A stretch of 64,000 bases of DNA, taken from positions 640,001-704,000 of the forward strand of contig OZ245366.1 of NCBI GenBank assembly GCA_965226585.1, written 5' to 3'. A program made the translations under genes and the position numbers. The first letter of the stretch is position 1. Every line of letters begins with the position of its first letter. The notes beneath the pieces were generated by a model. It was not told the DNA's origin. It made no database searches and was given only the letters and a program-made list of their open reading frames with translations. The stretch is from Thermodesulfobacteriota bacterium (GTDB lineage Bacteria > Desulfobacterota_D > UBA1144 > Nemesobacterales > Mycalebacteriaceae). Shown here piece by piece: positions 18,972 through 29,547 of the stretch.

Positions 18972-20507
18972 TCAAACCGAGAAAAAACCGTTCATTGCTT
19001 CCGCAAGTCCTTCCGCTGTGTGTTTTTTTGCCACAACGGACGGAACAAAACCCGCGTCTTCAACTGTTTGCGCCGTTATCGGCCCTATGCAGGCGACCGC
19101 GCGGTCGCGCAAAACGGACGAGGCGTTTTTGAAAAGCGAAAGGAAATTCGTTGCCGATGACGAACTTGTGAATACAACCATATCGCACAACTCCATCTCC
19201 CGCTCCGCGGCTTTCATCTCCGCCGCTCCGTATTTTGGAACCCTCGTGCGGTAGCAGGACGCGGTTCTCACCTCAGCCCCCATTTTCAAAAGTCCTTCCG
19301 GCAAAGCGTCTCTGGCTTTTTCCGCCCTCGGAATGAAAAACACCTTTCCACGCACCTTGCGCTTTTTCATCTCGGCAAGCACACCCTCAGCCGTGTATCT
19401 GCGCGGCACAATGTCTGCCGCAACTCCGCGCGCTTCCAACGCTTCCGCCGTTTTACTGCCGATGGAAACCGTCTTCACACCGCCAAGAGCCCTCGCGTCA
19501 AGCCCGGCGCTTTTCATCCTTGCAAAGAAACGCTCAACGCCGTTCACGCTTGTGAACGTCAGAAAATCGCACGACCCGATGTCTTTTATAAGCCCGTCAA
19601 CCGGCTTCCATGACGCGGGCGGAACTATCTCTATGCACGGAAGACTCACAACCTCCGCGCCCGACTGCTGGAGAAGTTTGACAAAATCCGCCGACTGCCC
19701 GGAGGGTCTGGTAACAACAATCTTCTTTCCGAACAGCGGCTTTTTTTCAAACCAGTTCAGCTTGCCCCTCAAACTGACCGCTCCGCCAGCCATAACAACC
19801 GCCGGGGCAAAATCTTCACCCTCGGCGCGTATTTTCGCGCTTATGTTTTCAAGCGTGCCGACAACGGTTTTCTGCTTTCCCGTTGTTCCCCGCGAAGCAA
19901 CCATCACGGGCGTTTTGCGCGGTTTCTTGTTCCGCATAAGTTTTTTCGCTATCTCATCAATGTTGTTAAGCGACATAAGGAAAACAACCGTTTCCATCTG
20001 CGCGAGCCCTTTCCAGTTCAGGCGCGACTTTTTTCCGGGTTTCTCATGCCCCGTTACAACCGCGAAAGACGAGTTGAAATCCCTGTGCGTAAGCGGCACC
20101 CCGGAATACGCCGGAACAGAATGGACGGAACTTACCCCCGGAACAATCTCCACCGGAATTCCCGCAGACATCAACGCCTCGGTTTCCTCTCCGCCTCTGC
20201 CGAACACAAACGGGTCTCCGCCCTTCAGGCGCACAACCGTTTTTCCCCGCTTCGCCCTGTTTATAAGCAGACGGTTTATCCCGCTCTGCTCAATCGCCTT
20301 GAACCCTTTTTTCTTTCCCGCGAACACAATCTCCGCTCCGGGACGGGCGAATTCCAGAAGCGAATTGTTTGCCAGCGCGTCATACACAACAACATCCGCG
20401 CGCGCCAGCGCCTCCATTCCCTTCACGGTTATCAGCCCGGGGTCTCCCGGTCCCGCGCCGACCAGATAGACGGCGGACGCCCCATTCAGTTTTTTGCCGC
20501 TTTTCAT
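18972..20507 (-). CDS. cobA: Fused uroporphyrinogen-III C-methyltransferase / uroporphyrinogen-III synthase (CobA-HemD)
   Basis: VYLVGAGPGDPGLIT and RLKGGDPFVFGRGGEE, then WFEKKPLFGKKIVVTRP, FTSVNGV, FTSSS and CIGPITA. Confidence 0.95.
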   Translation of the reverse strand: MKSGKKLNGASAVYLVGAGPGDPGLITVKGMEALARADVVVYDALANNSLLEFARPGAEIVFAGKKKGFKAIEQSGINRLLINRAKRGKTVVRLKGGDPFVFGRGGEETEALMSAGIPVEIVPGVSSVHSVPAYSGVPLTHRDFNSSFAVVTGHEKPGKKSRLNWKGLAQMETVVFLMSLNNIDEIAKKLMRNKKPRKTPVMVASRGTTGKQKTVVGTLENISAKIRAEGEDFAPAVVMAGGAVSLRGKLNWFEKKPLFGKKIVVTRPSGQSADFVKLLQQSGAEVVSLPCIEIVPPASWKPVDGLIKDIGSCDFLTFTSVNGVERFFARMKSAGLDARALGGVKTVSIGSKTAEALEARGVAADIVPRRYTAEGVLAEMKKRKVRGKVFFIPRAEKARDALPEGLLKMGAEVRTASCYRTRVPKYGAAEMKAAEREMELCDMVVFTSSSSATNFLSLFKNASSVLRDRAVACIGPITAQTVEDAGFVPSVVAKKHTAEGLAEAMNGFFSV

Positions 20508-20538
20508 AATGACCCATTAGCAATAACAACGGGTGTGT

Positions 20539-20566
20539 TGTTGTCAAGGCGCGCCGCTTGACAACA
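20539..20566. promoter_or_regulatory. Perfect 10-bp inverted repeat carrying back-to-back TTGACA boxes between divergent genes
   Basis: TGTTGTCAAG-N8-CTTGACAACA; on the plus strand TTGACA-N16-TACCAT points to the Spy/CpxP-like gene. Confidence 0.55.
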
Positions 20567-20621
20567 CCGCCTTTCTCTTTACCATCACCGCAGGCGGCAG
20601 AACCGCCCGGAGGTATTTGTT

Positions 20622-21152
20622 ATGGATGGAAAACTTGGAAAAGCAGTCTCAATTGCCGCGATTTTTCTGTGTGTCGCGGTTGTGTCCGTTCCCGCCGCGC
20701 AAGCGGACGGCGGAGGATATTCGGGAGAAAAAAGTTTCTTTGACAAAGTCCGCGCGAAGTTCAGCGGAAAGAAGTGCGGAAAAAAGAAAACCGCCCTGTG
20801 GTGGAAAAATTCCAAAATGGTTGAGCGTCTTGAACTCACCGATGAACAGGTTGAGAGTCTGGACGGGATAGCCGAATCCTACCGCGAAAAGGTTTCCGAA
20901 GCTTACGAAACCGTCTCGGAAAAAAAGAACGAATACAAAGAACTTATGGCATCGGGAGACGCGACCTCAAGGCAGATAAAGGCGGCGGCGGAAAAAAAAT
21001 ACGACGCGGCAAGGGATAAAAAAATGCTCAAACTGGATATGCGTCTTGAGATGAGAGAGGTTCTCACCCCTGAGCAGAGAGAGACGCTTGCAGAGATAAA
21101 GAGCAAGAAGTGGGGCAAAAAGAAATGCGGCGGACGCGGCGGAAAATACTGA
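20622..21152 (+). CDS. Periplasmic Spy/CpxP (LTXXQ) family protein
   Basis: Signal peptide; LELTDEQ and VLTPEQ motifs. Confidence 0.85.
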   Translation: MDGKLGKAVSIAAIFLCVAVVSVPAAQADGGGYSGEKSFFDKVRAKFSGKKCGKKKTALWWKNSKMVERLELTDEQVESLDGIAESYREKVSEAYETVSEKKNEYKELMASGDATSRQIKAAAEKKYDAARDKKMLKLDMRLEMREVLTPEQRETLAEIKSKKWGKKKCGGRGGKY

Positions 21153-21185
21153 CGGATTTTCCCGCCCTGTGAGGTCGGGTTACAT

Positions 21186-23198
21186 TTGAGCGGCTTCACT
21201 CTTCACAGCGAATTCAAGCCCGCGGGCGGACAGCCCGAAGCCATAGACGGCATTGTTTCGCGCCTGCGGGACGGCGTTTCAGACCAGGTGCTTCTCGGCG
21301 TAACCGGAAGCGGAAAAACCTTTACGGTCGCCAACGCCATAATGCGGACGGAGCGTCCAACTCTGATTCTCGCGCACAACAAGATACTCGCCGCCCAGCT
21401 CTACGGGGAGTTCAAAGAGCTTTTTCCCGATAACGCTGTCCACTATTTCATAAGTTACTACGACTACTATCAGCCGGAGGCGTATATTCCGCAGAGCAAC
21501 ATTTTCATAGAAAAAGATGTTGCCATCAACAGCCGTATAGACAGAATGAGGCACGCCGCCACAACCGCGCTTTTTGACCGGCGCGATGTGATAGTGGTGG
21601 CGAGCGTGTCCGCCATATACGGCATCGGGGCTCCTCAGGATTACTACGGAATGATGACCTTTGTTGAGCGCGGCGGGCGTATGGACAGAGACGATTTTCT
21701 TTCCTCTCTGGCGGCGGTTCAATATAAAAGAAGCGCGGAAATTCCGGCGCGGGGAACCTTCAGGGTTACGGGAGATGTTGTTGACGTTATGCCTTCGCAC
21801 GGCGAGGAGGAGGTTGTGCGGATACAGTTTTTCGGCGACACGGTTGAGAGCATAAACGCCGTGAACTGCGACACCGGGGCGGTCGCCCGCGAGATTGAAA
21901 AAACCGCTTTTTATCCGGCGTCCCACTATGTTGCGCCCAGAGAAAGACTGCTTGCGGCGATAGAATCCATAAAGCGGGAACTTGAGGAGAGAACGGAATA
22001 CTACACCCGGCGCGGAATGGAGGAGGAGAAAGCCAGAATCCGCGAGCGCACACTCAGAGACATTGAGTTTCTTGAGACGATGGGTTTCTGCCCCGGAATA
22101 GAAAACTACTCGCGCCACCTTTCGGGCAGGGAGGAAGGGGAGCCGCCGTTCACCCTGCTTGACTACTTCCCGGATGATTTCATCTGCGTTATAGACGAAA
22201 GCCATCAGACTGTTCCGCAGATACGCGGAATGTATGCGGGAGACAGAAGCAGAAAGACAACTCTGGTTGAGCACGGCTTCCGGCTTCCGTCCGCGATAGA
22301 CAATCGCCCGCTGAATTTTGACGAGTTCAGGCAGAGGGTCGGGCAGACGATTTATGTTTCCGCCACTCCGGCGGAATACGAGATGGAGAGGAGCGCGGGC
22401 GCGGTGGCGGAGCAGATAATCCGCCCGACCGGGCTTGCAGACCCCGGAGTTGAGGTGCGCCCCGCGGGCGGGCAGGTTGACGACCTGCTGGAAGAGATAC
22501 GCCTCGCCGCAAAGGCGTCTGAGCGGGTTCTGGTGTCCACGCTCACAAAAAAAATGGCGGAAGATTTGACCGATTGTTACAGGGAGGCGGGAGTGCGGGT
22601 GCGTTATATGCATTCCGAGATAGAGACGCTTGAGCGCGTGCGCATCATCCGCGATTTGAGAAGCGGCGAGTTTGACGTTCTTGTTGGCATCAACCTTTTG
22701 CGCGAAGGGCTTGATATTCCCGAAGTCGCTCTCTTTGCCGTGCTTGACGCAGACAGTGAAGGTTATCTGCGGAGCGAAACCTCTCTGATTCAGATGTTCG
22801 GCAGGGCGGCTAGAAACACCGCCGGAAGGGTCATAATGTATGCCGACAGAATAACGGGCTCAATGAAGGCGGCGATGGGGGAAACCGAAAGGCGCAGAAA
22901 GATACAGGTTGAATACAACCGGGAGCACGGCATAACCCCTTCGGACATAAAGAAAAATATCAACGGCGCGATGGGGCTTATGTGCGATTCCGACTATGTT
23001 GACCTTTCCTCAGGCGGAGACCGGGATGACATCGCGCCCGAGCGAATACCTTCGGAGATAAAAACCCTCACCTCGGAGATGAAGCGCGAGGCGGACGGAC
23101 TGGAGTTTGAAAAAGCGGCGGAGATACGCAAAAAGATACGCAGACTGAAAGAGATGGAAGCCGCCTACATCGCGGATATGAAGACCGAAGACTCGTAA
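21186..23198 (+). CDS. uvrB: Excinuclease ABC subunit B
   Basis: LLGVTGSGKT, YYDYYQPEAY, IDESH, VGINLLREGLD, GRAARN motifs and a C-terminal UVR domain. Confidence 0.98.
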   Translation: MSGFTLHSEFKPAGGQPEAIDGIVSRLRDGVSDQVLLGVTGSGKTFTVANAIMRTERPTLILAHNKILAAQLYGEFKELFPDNAVHYFISYYDYYQPEAYIPQSNIFIEKDVAINSRIDRMRHAATTALFDRRDVIVVASVSAIYGIGAPQDYYGMMTFVERGGRMDRDDFLSSLAAVQYKRSAEIPARGTFRVTGDVVDVMPSHGEEEVVRIQFFGDTVESINAVNCDTGAVAREIEKTAFYPASHYVAPRERLLAAIESIKRELEERTEYYTRRGMEEEKARIRERTLRDIEFLETMGFCPGIENYSRHLSGREEGEPPFTLLDYFPDDFICVIDESHQTVPQIRGMYAGDRSRKTTLVEHGFRLPSAIDNRPLNFDEFRQRVGQTIYVSATPAEYEMERSAGAVAEQIIRPTGLADPGVEVRPAGGQVDDLLEEIRLAAKASERVLVSTLTKKMAEDLTDCYREAGVRVRYMHSEIETLERVRIIRDLRSGEFDVLVGINLLREGLDIPEVALFAVLDADSEGYLRSETSLIQMFGRAARNTAGRVIMYADRITGSMKAAMGETERRRKIQVEYNREHGITPSDIKKNINGAMGLMCDSDYVDLSSGGDRDDIAPERIPSEIKTLTSEMKREADGLEFEKAAEIRKKIRRLKEMEAAYIADMKTEDS

Positions 23199-23280
23199 AA
23201 ATACCGCCTTGTTCACGCGCTCATTCGGAGCGCGATTCATATTTACTTCCTTGCTTAAAACCCCGTTTTCAGTAAAATAA

Positions 23281-23336
23281 CGCCAACAGCGATTGATTTT
23301 GCGAAAGCGGGTCTCGAGCCCGCTTTTGTATTGGCG
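23281..23336 (+). promoter_or_regulatory. rimP leader hairpin (attenuator/terminator-like)
   Basis: AAAGCGGG-TCTCGAG-CCCGCTTTT enclosed by CGCCAA/TTGGCG, just upstream of rimP. Confidence 0.6.
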
Positions 23337-23356
23337 GTCGCGAAAAAGGAGTCCGA

Positions 23357-23821
23357 ATGCGGAACGAAACGGACAGCGGGACGGTTGAAAGACTGTCTGA
23401 AATAGTTGAAGGCGTTGCCTCGGAAGCGGGATTTGAGGTTGTTGACTTGCGTCTCGCGGGCGGAAACGTGCTGATCTTTATAGACAAACCCGAAGGCGTG
23501 AACATAGGGCAGTGCGCGGATTTGAGCAGAGAAATAGGAGTTCTGATAGACATAGACGGAGTTATGGGCGATACGCCCTACAAACTTGAAGTGTCGTCTC
23601 CGGGGGCGGAGAGACCCCTCAAAAAACCGGCGGACTACGAAAGGTTCTGCGGCAGAAGGGTGAAGGTCAGAACAAAAGAGGTTTTCGCGGGGCGCACGGT
23701 ATTCACCGGACGCATAGAAGAAGCGGGAAACGGCATGGTTAAACTGGCGGCCGAAGATGCGGGCGAGTTTTCAATACCTTTTGACAGCATAGAAAAAGCA
23801 AATTTGAAGAGGGAGTTGTAA
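23357..23821 (+). CDS. rimP: Ribosome maturation factor RimP
   Basis: IFIDKPEGV, YKLEVSSPGAERPL and IEKANL motifs. Confidence 0.95.
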   Translation: MRNETDSGTVERLSEIVEGVASEAGFEVVDLRLAGGNVLIFIDKPEGVNIGQCADLSREIGVLIDIDGVMGDTPYKLEVSSPGAERPLKKPADYERFCGRRVKVRTKEVFAGRTVFTGRIEEAGNGMVKLAAEDAGEFSIPFDSIEKANLKREL

Positions 23822-23826
23822 GTGTC

Positions 23827-25272
23827 ATGTCCACAGAGTTGAACAGAGTTATAGAGACGGTCGTAAAGGAAAAAAGCCTCCGCAAGCAGGAGGTTGTCAA
23901 AGCCGTTGAAGACGCGGTGATAAGCGCGGTTGAAAGCGTTATGAAGATAGATTCCGAATCCGGCGAGTTTGAGGTTCAATACAACGATGAGGAAGGGGTT
24001 GTTGAACTTTTCCGCTACAAAGACGTGGTCGCGGAGGTGTCAGACCCTCAGCGTCAGATAGACATCAAAAGGGCGAAAGAGTTTGACTCTGAAGCGGAAG
24101 AGGGCGAGGAGATAGGCGTAAGGGTGTGGACTTCCGGCGCCATTTCCGCAAAAGACGTGGAGTCTGAAGAAGAGGGCGGCTTGTTTTCGCACAAAGGTTT
24201 TACGCGGGTCGCCATTCACAACGCGAAACACAAAATTCTGCAAAAGGTGAAGGAAGCCGAAGGCAGGGTGATATATGAGGAGTTCATCAGCCGCAAGGGC
24301 ACGATAGTCAACGGCACGGTGAGAAGGATTGAGAGAAAAAGCATCGTGGTTGACCTCGGCAGAACCGAGGCGCTTCTTCCCTACTCGCACAAAGCGCCGA
24401 AAGAGTTTTACGAGCCCAAAGAGCGGATAAAAGCGCTTCTCTACGAGATTGACGAGGAGAAAAAAATCCCGCGCCTTATTCTTTCGCGGGTCGCTCCCGA
24501 TTTCGTCAAGCGGCTTTTTGAGAGCGAAGTTCCCGAAATAGCTGACGGAATAATTGAGATTAAGGAGATAGCCAGAGACCCCGGCTCGAGGATGAAGATA
24601 GCCGTATATTCGCACGATTCCGATGTTGACCCGGTCGGCGCGTGTGTGGGAATCAGGGGCGCGAGGGTTCAGAACATAATTCAGGAACTTCAGGGCGAGA
24701 GGATAGACATCGTTCCGTGGTCGGCAAATCTGGGGCGTTTTGTTTCAGACGCGCTTTCCCCCGCCGTTGTCAACAAGGTGATAATAGACGAAAACAACAA
24801 TCAGATGGAGGTTGTTGTTGACGAAGACCAGCTCACACTTGCGATAGGGCGCGGCGGGCAGAATGTGCGCCTCGCGTCAAACCTCATCGGGTGGAGAATT
24901 GACATCAAAACCGAAGACCAGATGAAGAAGGAGAAAGAAGCGTCTCTTGCCATGCTCTCGTCTCTGCCTTCAATCGGCAACGTGTCCGCCACACTTCTTT
25001 TCAGCGAGGGCTTCAGAAAACTGGAAGACATAGTGTTTGCCGACACCGAAAGCATCAAATCCATTCTCAAAGAATCCACAGACGAAGAGGTTGAGGAGAT
25101 GATCTCATTCGCGAGAGTCGCCCTTCAGGAAAGCGTGAAGGAGCAGACCGAACAGCAGGCGGCCGAAGCCGCGCCCGAAGATGATGAAGATGCGACCTCT
25201 TCCACACCCGCCGCCGGCGGAGAGCAAAAGACGGAGCAAAAAACGGAGGAACGGCCGGAACCGACCGGTTAG
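23827..25272 (+). CDS. nusA: Transcription factor NusA
   Basis: S1 and KH domains; ARDPGSRMKIAV, DPVGACVG, LAIGRGGQNVRLA; HhH tail. Confidence 0.97.
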   Translation: MSTELNRVIETVVKEKSLRKQEVVKAVEDAVISAVESVMKIDSESGEFEVQYNDEEGVVELFRYKDVVAEVSDPQRQIDIKRAKEFDSEAEEGEEIGVRVWTSGAISAKDVESEEEGGLFSHKGFTRVAIHNAKHKILQKVKEAEGRVIYEEFISRKGTIVNGTVRRIERKSIVVDLGRTEALLPYSHKAPKEFYEPKERIKALLYEIDEEKKIPRLILSRVAPDFVKRLFESEVPEIADGIIEIKEIARDPGSRMKIAVYSHDSDVDPVGACVGIRGARVQNIIQELQGERIDIVPWSANLGRFVSDALSPAVVNKVIIDENNNQMEVVVDEDQLTLAIGRGGQNVRLASNLIGWRIDIKTEDQMKKEKEASLAMLSSLPSIGNVSATLLFSEGFRKLEDIVFADTESIKSILKESTDEEVEEMISFARVALQESVKEQTEQQAAEAAPEDDEDATSSTPAAGGEQKTEQKTEERPEPTG

Positions 25273-25302
25273 CGCCGGAGCCCGCGCTTCTGTGCGAAGG
25301 AA

Positions 25303-27738
25303 ATGAAATCAAAAAGAGTATATGAACTTGCCAAAGAGTTCGGCGTTGAAGGCAAAGACATAATAGCCGCCGCCAAAGAAATTGGCGTCCGTTTTTCAAC
25401 AAGTTCAAACGCGGTTGACGCCACCACCGAGGACAGGTTGAGAAACATCTTTAACTCCGCTCAAGCCGCCGCTTCTCAAAAACCCCCGGATGAAGACGGA
25501 CAGCAGGCGGACGGAAAGAAAGTTGTCATAGATTCAGCGGACGGGAAGATTACCGAAAAACGTTCGGCGGACAGAGTTGTCCGGCGCAGAAAGAAAGCCG
25601 ACAAAGCCCCGGACGCTCCCGAAACGGAGGAGGCGGAAGCCGCTCAACCTGAAGAATCCGCCGCTTCTGCGGAAACTCCGCCCGCTTCTGCGGAGACGCC
25701 CGCAAAAGCCGCGCCCAAGAAAGCCGCCGCTCCGAAAAAGGAGAAAGAGGCGGAAGAGTTTGACCCTGAAAAAGAGAAACTCGCCCAGCAGATGAAAGCC
25801 GCTCTGGCTCCAAGTTTGAAACACGAAAAGCTTTCCTCTCCGCCACAGCCCAGAGTTGCCGGACGCAAAAAAGAGTATGTTGTTGATGAAAAAAATCTCC
25901 GCAGAAAACAGATTCCCAGAAAGAAAAGACCCATGCCGGGGCAGACTCCTTCGGCTCCGTCTCCCGCCGCTCCGCCCGCCGGGAAAAAGAGTGTTACCAT
26001 CGGGGAAACCATAATGCTTGACGACCTTGCGCGCCGTATGGAGGTGAAACTTCAGGACGTGAGGGCAAAGGCGAGAGGGCTTGGCGTTGACACGCGCTCC
26101 CGCAATCCGTTTGACTACGAAGTTGCCACCCTGATAGCGGCGGAATACGGTCTTGAGGTTGAGGTGGACAGGTTTGACGAGAGCATCTATCTGGACGATG
26201 CCGGGGCGGGTTTCGGTTCTGAAGAGCCGCGTCCTCCGGTTGTAAGCGTTATGGGGCATGTTGACCACGGAAAAACCACCCTGCTCGACACCCTGCGAAA
26301 CGCAAGCGTTGCCCCCGGAGAGGCGGGCGGAATCACACAGCACATCGGGGCGTACAAGGTCAAATCCGGCGACAGAGAGATAGTGTTCATAGACACTCCG
26401 GGACACGAAGCGTTCACGGCGATGAGGGCGCGAGGGGCTGGCATAAACGATTTGGCGATACTGGTTGTCGCCGCAGATGACGGCGTGAAAGAGCAGACGG
26501 TTGAGGCAATCAGCCACGCGAAAGCGGCGGGAGTTCCCGCCATTGTTGCCGTCAACAAAATAGACAAAGAGGGCGCGGACACGGAAAACGTAAAAAGGCA
26601 GTTGTCCGAACACGGGCTTGTGTCTGAAGAGTGGGGCGGCGACACGTTGTTTGCGGAAATATCCGCGAAAACCGGCGAAGGGCTTAAAGACCTTCTTGAA
26701 CTCATAATTCTTCAGGCGGATATTCTTGAACTGAAAGCGCCGGGCACGGGGCAGGCGCGCGGGATTGTTCTTGAATCGCGTCTTGACAAGGGGCGCGGGG
26801 CGATAGCGGATGTGATTGTTACAAAGGGCAGTCTGAAAGTTGGCGACCAAATGGTGGCGGGGCTTTTCAGCGGAAAGATACGCGCGCTTTCAGATGAAAG
26901 CGGCTCAAAAGCTGTAAACGCGGGACCCTCAATGCCGGTGGAGGTTATGGGGCTTTCCGGAGTGCCGGACGCGGGAGAAAACTTTTACATAGTCGGAGAC
27001 GAGAAAACCGCCCGCGCCATAGTTGAAAACCGGCGCACGGAAGCCGAGCAGAAAGATGCCCCGTCTGTTCCCCAGCCCCTGTCTCTTGACTCAATAGAGA
27101 TGACGAACCCGCCCGAAGAAAAAGGCAAGGAACTCGCCCTTGTCATCAAAGCAGACACTCAGGGTTCGCTTGAGGCGATTAAAGATTCCATCGCGAAAAT
27201 AGATTCTGACAAATGCTCAATAAAAATCGCGCACTCGGCGGCGGGCGGCATAAGCGGCACGGATGTTGAACTCGCCTACGTGACAGACGCGGTGATATTC
27301 GGCTTCAACGTCCGCCCCGATTCAAAAGCGGCGGCAGACGCAGACAAGCGGGAAGTGGCGGTGGAAACGTATTCCATCGTGTACGAGATTGTGGAAAGAG
27401 TAAAACAGATGATGGAGGGAATGCTTGACCCCGTGATTGAAGAGGAAACGATTGGACACGCGCAGGTGAAAGAGGTTTTCCGTATGTCGGGGCAGAAGAT
27501 TATCGCGGGCTGTTTTGTTGATGACGGCAAGGTTCAGAGAGGGGAGAGCGTTCGCATAGTGAGAGAGGGCGCGGTTGTGTACGAGAGCAAAGTCGGCTCG
27601 CTAAAACGTTTCAAAGACGATGTGAGAGAGGTGCAGTCGGGCTACGAATGCGGACTCACGATAGAGAATTTCAACGATGTAAAAGTGGGAGATGTGCTTG
27701 AGGTGTACTCCGTGAAGGAAACCGCACAGCAACTTTGA
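25303..27738 (+). CDS. infB: Translation initiation factor IF-2
   Basis: [30 protein letters not shown] and [12 protein letters not shown] motifs. Confidence 0.98.
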   Translation: MKSKRVYELAKEFGVEGKDIIAAAKEIGVRFSTSSNAVDATTEDRLRNIFNSAQAAASQKPPDEDGQQADGKKVVIDSADGKITEKRSADRVVRRRKKADKAPDAPETEEAEAAQPEESAASAETPPASAETPAKAAPKKAAAPKKEKEAEEFDPEKEKLAQQMKAALAPSLKHEKLSSPPQPRVAGRKKEYVVDEKNLRRKQIPRKKRPMPGQTPSAPSPAAPPAGKKSVTIGETIMLDDLARRMEVKLQDVRAKARGLGVDTRSRNPFDYEVATLIAAEYGLEVEVDRFDESIYLDDAGAGFGSEEPRPPVVSVMGHVDHGKTTLLDTLRNASVAPGEAGGITQHIGAYKVKSGDREIVFIDTPGHEAFTAMRARGAGINDLAILVVAADDGVKEQTVEAISHAKAAGVPAIVAVNKIDKEGADTENVKRQLSEHGLVSEEWGGDTLFAEISAKTGEGLKDLLELIILQADILELKAPGTGQARGIVLESRLDKGRGAIADVIVTKGSLKVGDQMVAGLFSGKIRALSDESGSKAVNAGPSMPVEVMGLSGVPDAGENFYIVGDEKTARAIVENRRTEAEQKDAPSVPQPLSLDSIEMTNPPEEKGKELALVIKADTQGSLEAIKDSIAKIDSDKCSIKIAHSAAGGISGTDVELAYVTDAVIFGFNVRPDSKAAADADKREVAVETYSIVYEIVERVKQMMEGMLDPVIEEETIGHAQVKEVFRMSGQKIIAGCFVDDGKVQRGESVRIVREGAVVYESKVGSLKRFKDDVREVQSGYECGLTIENFNDVKVGDVLEVYSVKETAQQL

Positions 27739-27750
27739 CGGGAGACGCAG

Positions 27751-28110
27751 GTGGGCGGCGGAAGCGGACTTAGTTATGAGAGAAGGGAGCGGGTGAAAGA
27801 CCTTATCATGAGGGAGATAGCCCGCATAATAAGCGAGGGCAACATAAGAGACAGGCGTGTTTCCGGCGCGGTTATAACGGATATTTCGCTTTCAAGGGAT
27901 ATGTCTTACGCGAAGGTGTTTTTTACAAATATGAAAGGCGGCGGCAATGAGGCGATGGAAAAGGCGTTTGAAAAACTGTCGGGGTTTTTCCGCAGGCAGA
28001 TAGCTGGACGGCTGGATATGAGAAAGGTTCCCGAAATACAGTTTGTTCCCGATGACGTGGCGCAATCCGCCCGCAGAGTGGACGACATACTGAGACGGAC
28101 TGAAAATTGA
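27751..28110 (+). CDS. rbfA: Ribosome-binding factor A
   Basis: RRERV, IRDRR, SRDMSYAKVF and MRKVPEIQFVPD motifs; follows infB. Confidence 0.93.
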   Translation: MGGGSGLSYERRERVKDLIMREIARIISEGNIRDRRVSGAVITDISLSRDMSYAKVFFTNMKGGGNEAMEKAFEKLSGFFRRQIAGRLDMRKVPEIQFVPDDVAQSARRVDDILRRTEN

Positions 28111-29078
28111 ACGCGCCTTCACACATAACTGAGATACTTGAGAAAGGGCGGAGTTTTCTGCTCACCTCGCACAAAGATCCCGATTCAGACGCGCTCGGCT
28201 CCATGCTCGCCCTTGCTGAACTGCTTGAATCACGCGGCAAATCCGTTTCTCTCCACTGCACGGGCGGAGTGCCGTCTTTTCTCAACTTCCTTCCGGGCTC
28301 TGAAAAGATAAGCGGCGGCATTCCCTCCGGCGCGGAGTTTGACGCCCTTGTTGTTCTTGACTGCCCGCACCCTTCCCGCGCCGGAGAGGATTTTGAGAAA
28401 TACGCCGCGTCATCATCCGCCCCTCTTGTGATAATAGACCATCACGAGCCGAAAGAGGTTGAGGGGGCGGTCAAGTGGGCTGACCCTTCCGCGCCCGCGA
28501 CCGGAATTCTTGTGCACGCCATTTTCAAATCGTTTTCCGCTCCCTTCACAAAACAGAGCGCGACCTGCGTGTACGCGGCAATTTCCGGAGACACGGGCTC
28601 TTTCAGGTTTTCAAACACCACTTCGGAATGTTTTGACATAGTGTCTGAGATGGTTTTGGCGGGCGCGTCTCCGCAAGAGGTGTCAAGCGAGATATTTGAA
28701 AATCAGACACGCGAGCGTCTCACGCTTCTGGGGCGGGTTCTTGAAACGCTCACAACCGATGACACCGGCAAAGTCGCCTGGGTTCGCATAGACAGGGAAA
28801 CATTTGAGTCCACCCGCACATCAAGGGAAGACAGCGAGGGAATGGTTGATATTCCGATGAGTTTGAAGGGAGTGCGGATAGCCATGCTTTTCAGGCAGGA
28901 GACGGCAAAAGGCAAAACGTTCTGGAAGGCGAGCATAAGGTCTCGCGGCAACACAGACGTTGCCAAGGTCGCGTCCGTGTTCGGGGGCGGCGGTCACAAA
29001 AACGCGGCGGGCTTCACATTTGAGGGCGATTTTGACAAACAGATAGGCAGGGTGCTTGATGAAATTAACGCCGCCTGA
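28107..29078 (+). CDS. nrnA: DHH/DHHA1 phosphoesterase (NrnA-like nanoRNase)
   Basis: HKDPDSDALGS, IDHH, DTGSF, SIRS and GGGGHKNAAG motifs. Confidence 0.92.
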   Translation: MNAPSHITEILEKGRSFLLTSHKDPDSDALGSMLALAELLESRGKSVSLHCTGGVPSFLNFLPGSEKISGGIPSGAEFDALVVLDCPHPSRAGEDFEKYAASSSAPLVIIDHHEPKEVEGAVKWADPSAPATGILVHAIFKSFSAPFTKQSATCVYAAISGDTGSFRFSNTTSECFDIVSEMVLAGASPQEVSSEIFENQTRERLTLLGRVLETLTTDDTGKVAWVRIDRETFESTRTSREDSEGMVDIPMSLKGVRIAMLFRQETAKGKTFWKASIRSRGNTDVAKVASVFGGGGHKNAAGFTFEGDFDKQIGRVLDEINAA

Positions 29079-29252
29079 CACACGTTTTTACAAACTGGAA
29101 AAGTTTTGCGGGGGTGATATACTCCCGCTGTTCCTTGAACGGGAAGCGCCGAAGTTCTTTTGCGGGTTTTCGCCCGCAGTTTCCGCTGATACTGCCGGGG
29201 TGGGATTTTTCAGAAAGTTCGGTTTGCATTAAATAAACTGGAGGATTGCGAA

Positions 29253-29522
29253 TTGCCTTTGGACAAAGACGTGAAGAAAAAAGTTATAGATGAGTTTGCC
29301 TCAAAGCCCGGAGACGTGGGCTCTTCGGCGGTTCAGATAGGCATACTCTCAAAACGGATAGAGCAGATATCCGCCCACACGGAAAAGATGAAAAAAGACG
29401 TTCATTCGCGCAGAGGGCTTGTGCGGCTTGTCGCGAAAAGAAGGAAACTTCTGAATTACATGAAGAACAACACTCCGGAGAAATACGCGGAGATTATCAA
29501 GGCGCTTGGTCTCAGACACTAA
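29253..29522 (+). CDS. rpsO: 30S ribosomal protein S15
   Basis: DVGSSAVQI and KKDVHSRRGLVRLVAKRRKLLNY motifs. Confidence 0.98.
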   Translation: MPLDKDVKKKVIDEFASKPGDVGSSAVQIGILSKRIEQISAHTEKMKKDVHSRRGLVRLVAKRRKLLNYMKNNTPEKYAEIIKALGLRH

Positions 29523-29547
29523 GGCGTCATACAAAGGAGATTGAAAC

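Noticed and set aside
19333..20469. 378-aa plus-strand ORF
   Set aside because: Antisense shadow of cobA-hemD with no recognisable motifs.
25219..25705. Short tandem duplications in the nusA tail (EQKT x2) and the infB linker (ASAETP x2)
   Set aside because: Ordinary slippage in disordered linkers.
21279..26850. Long minus-strand ORFs 21279-22613 and 25534-26850
   Set aside because: Antisense shadows of uvrB and infB.
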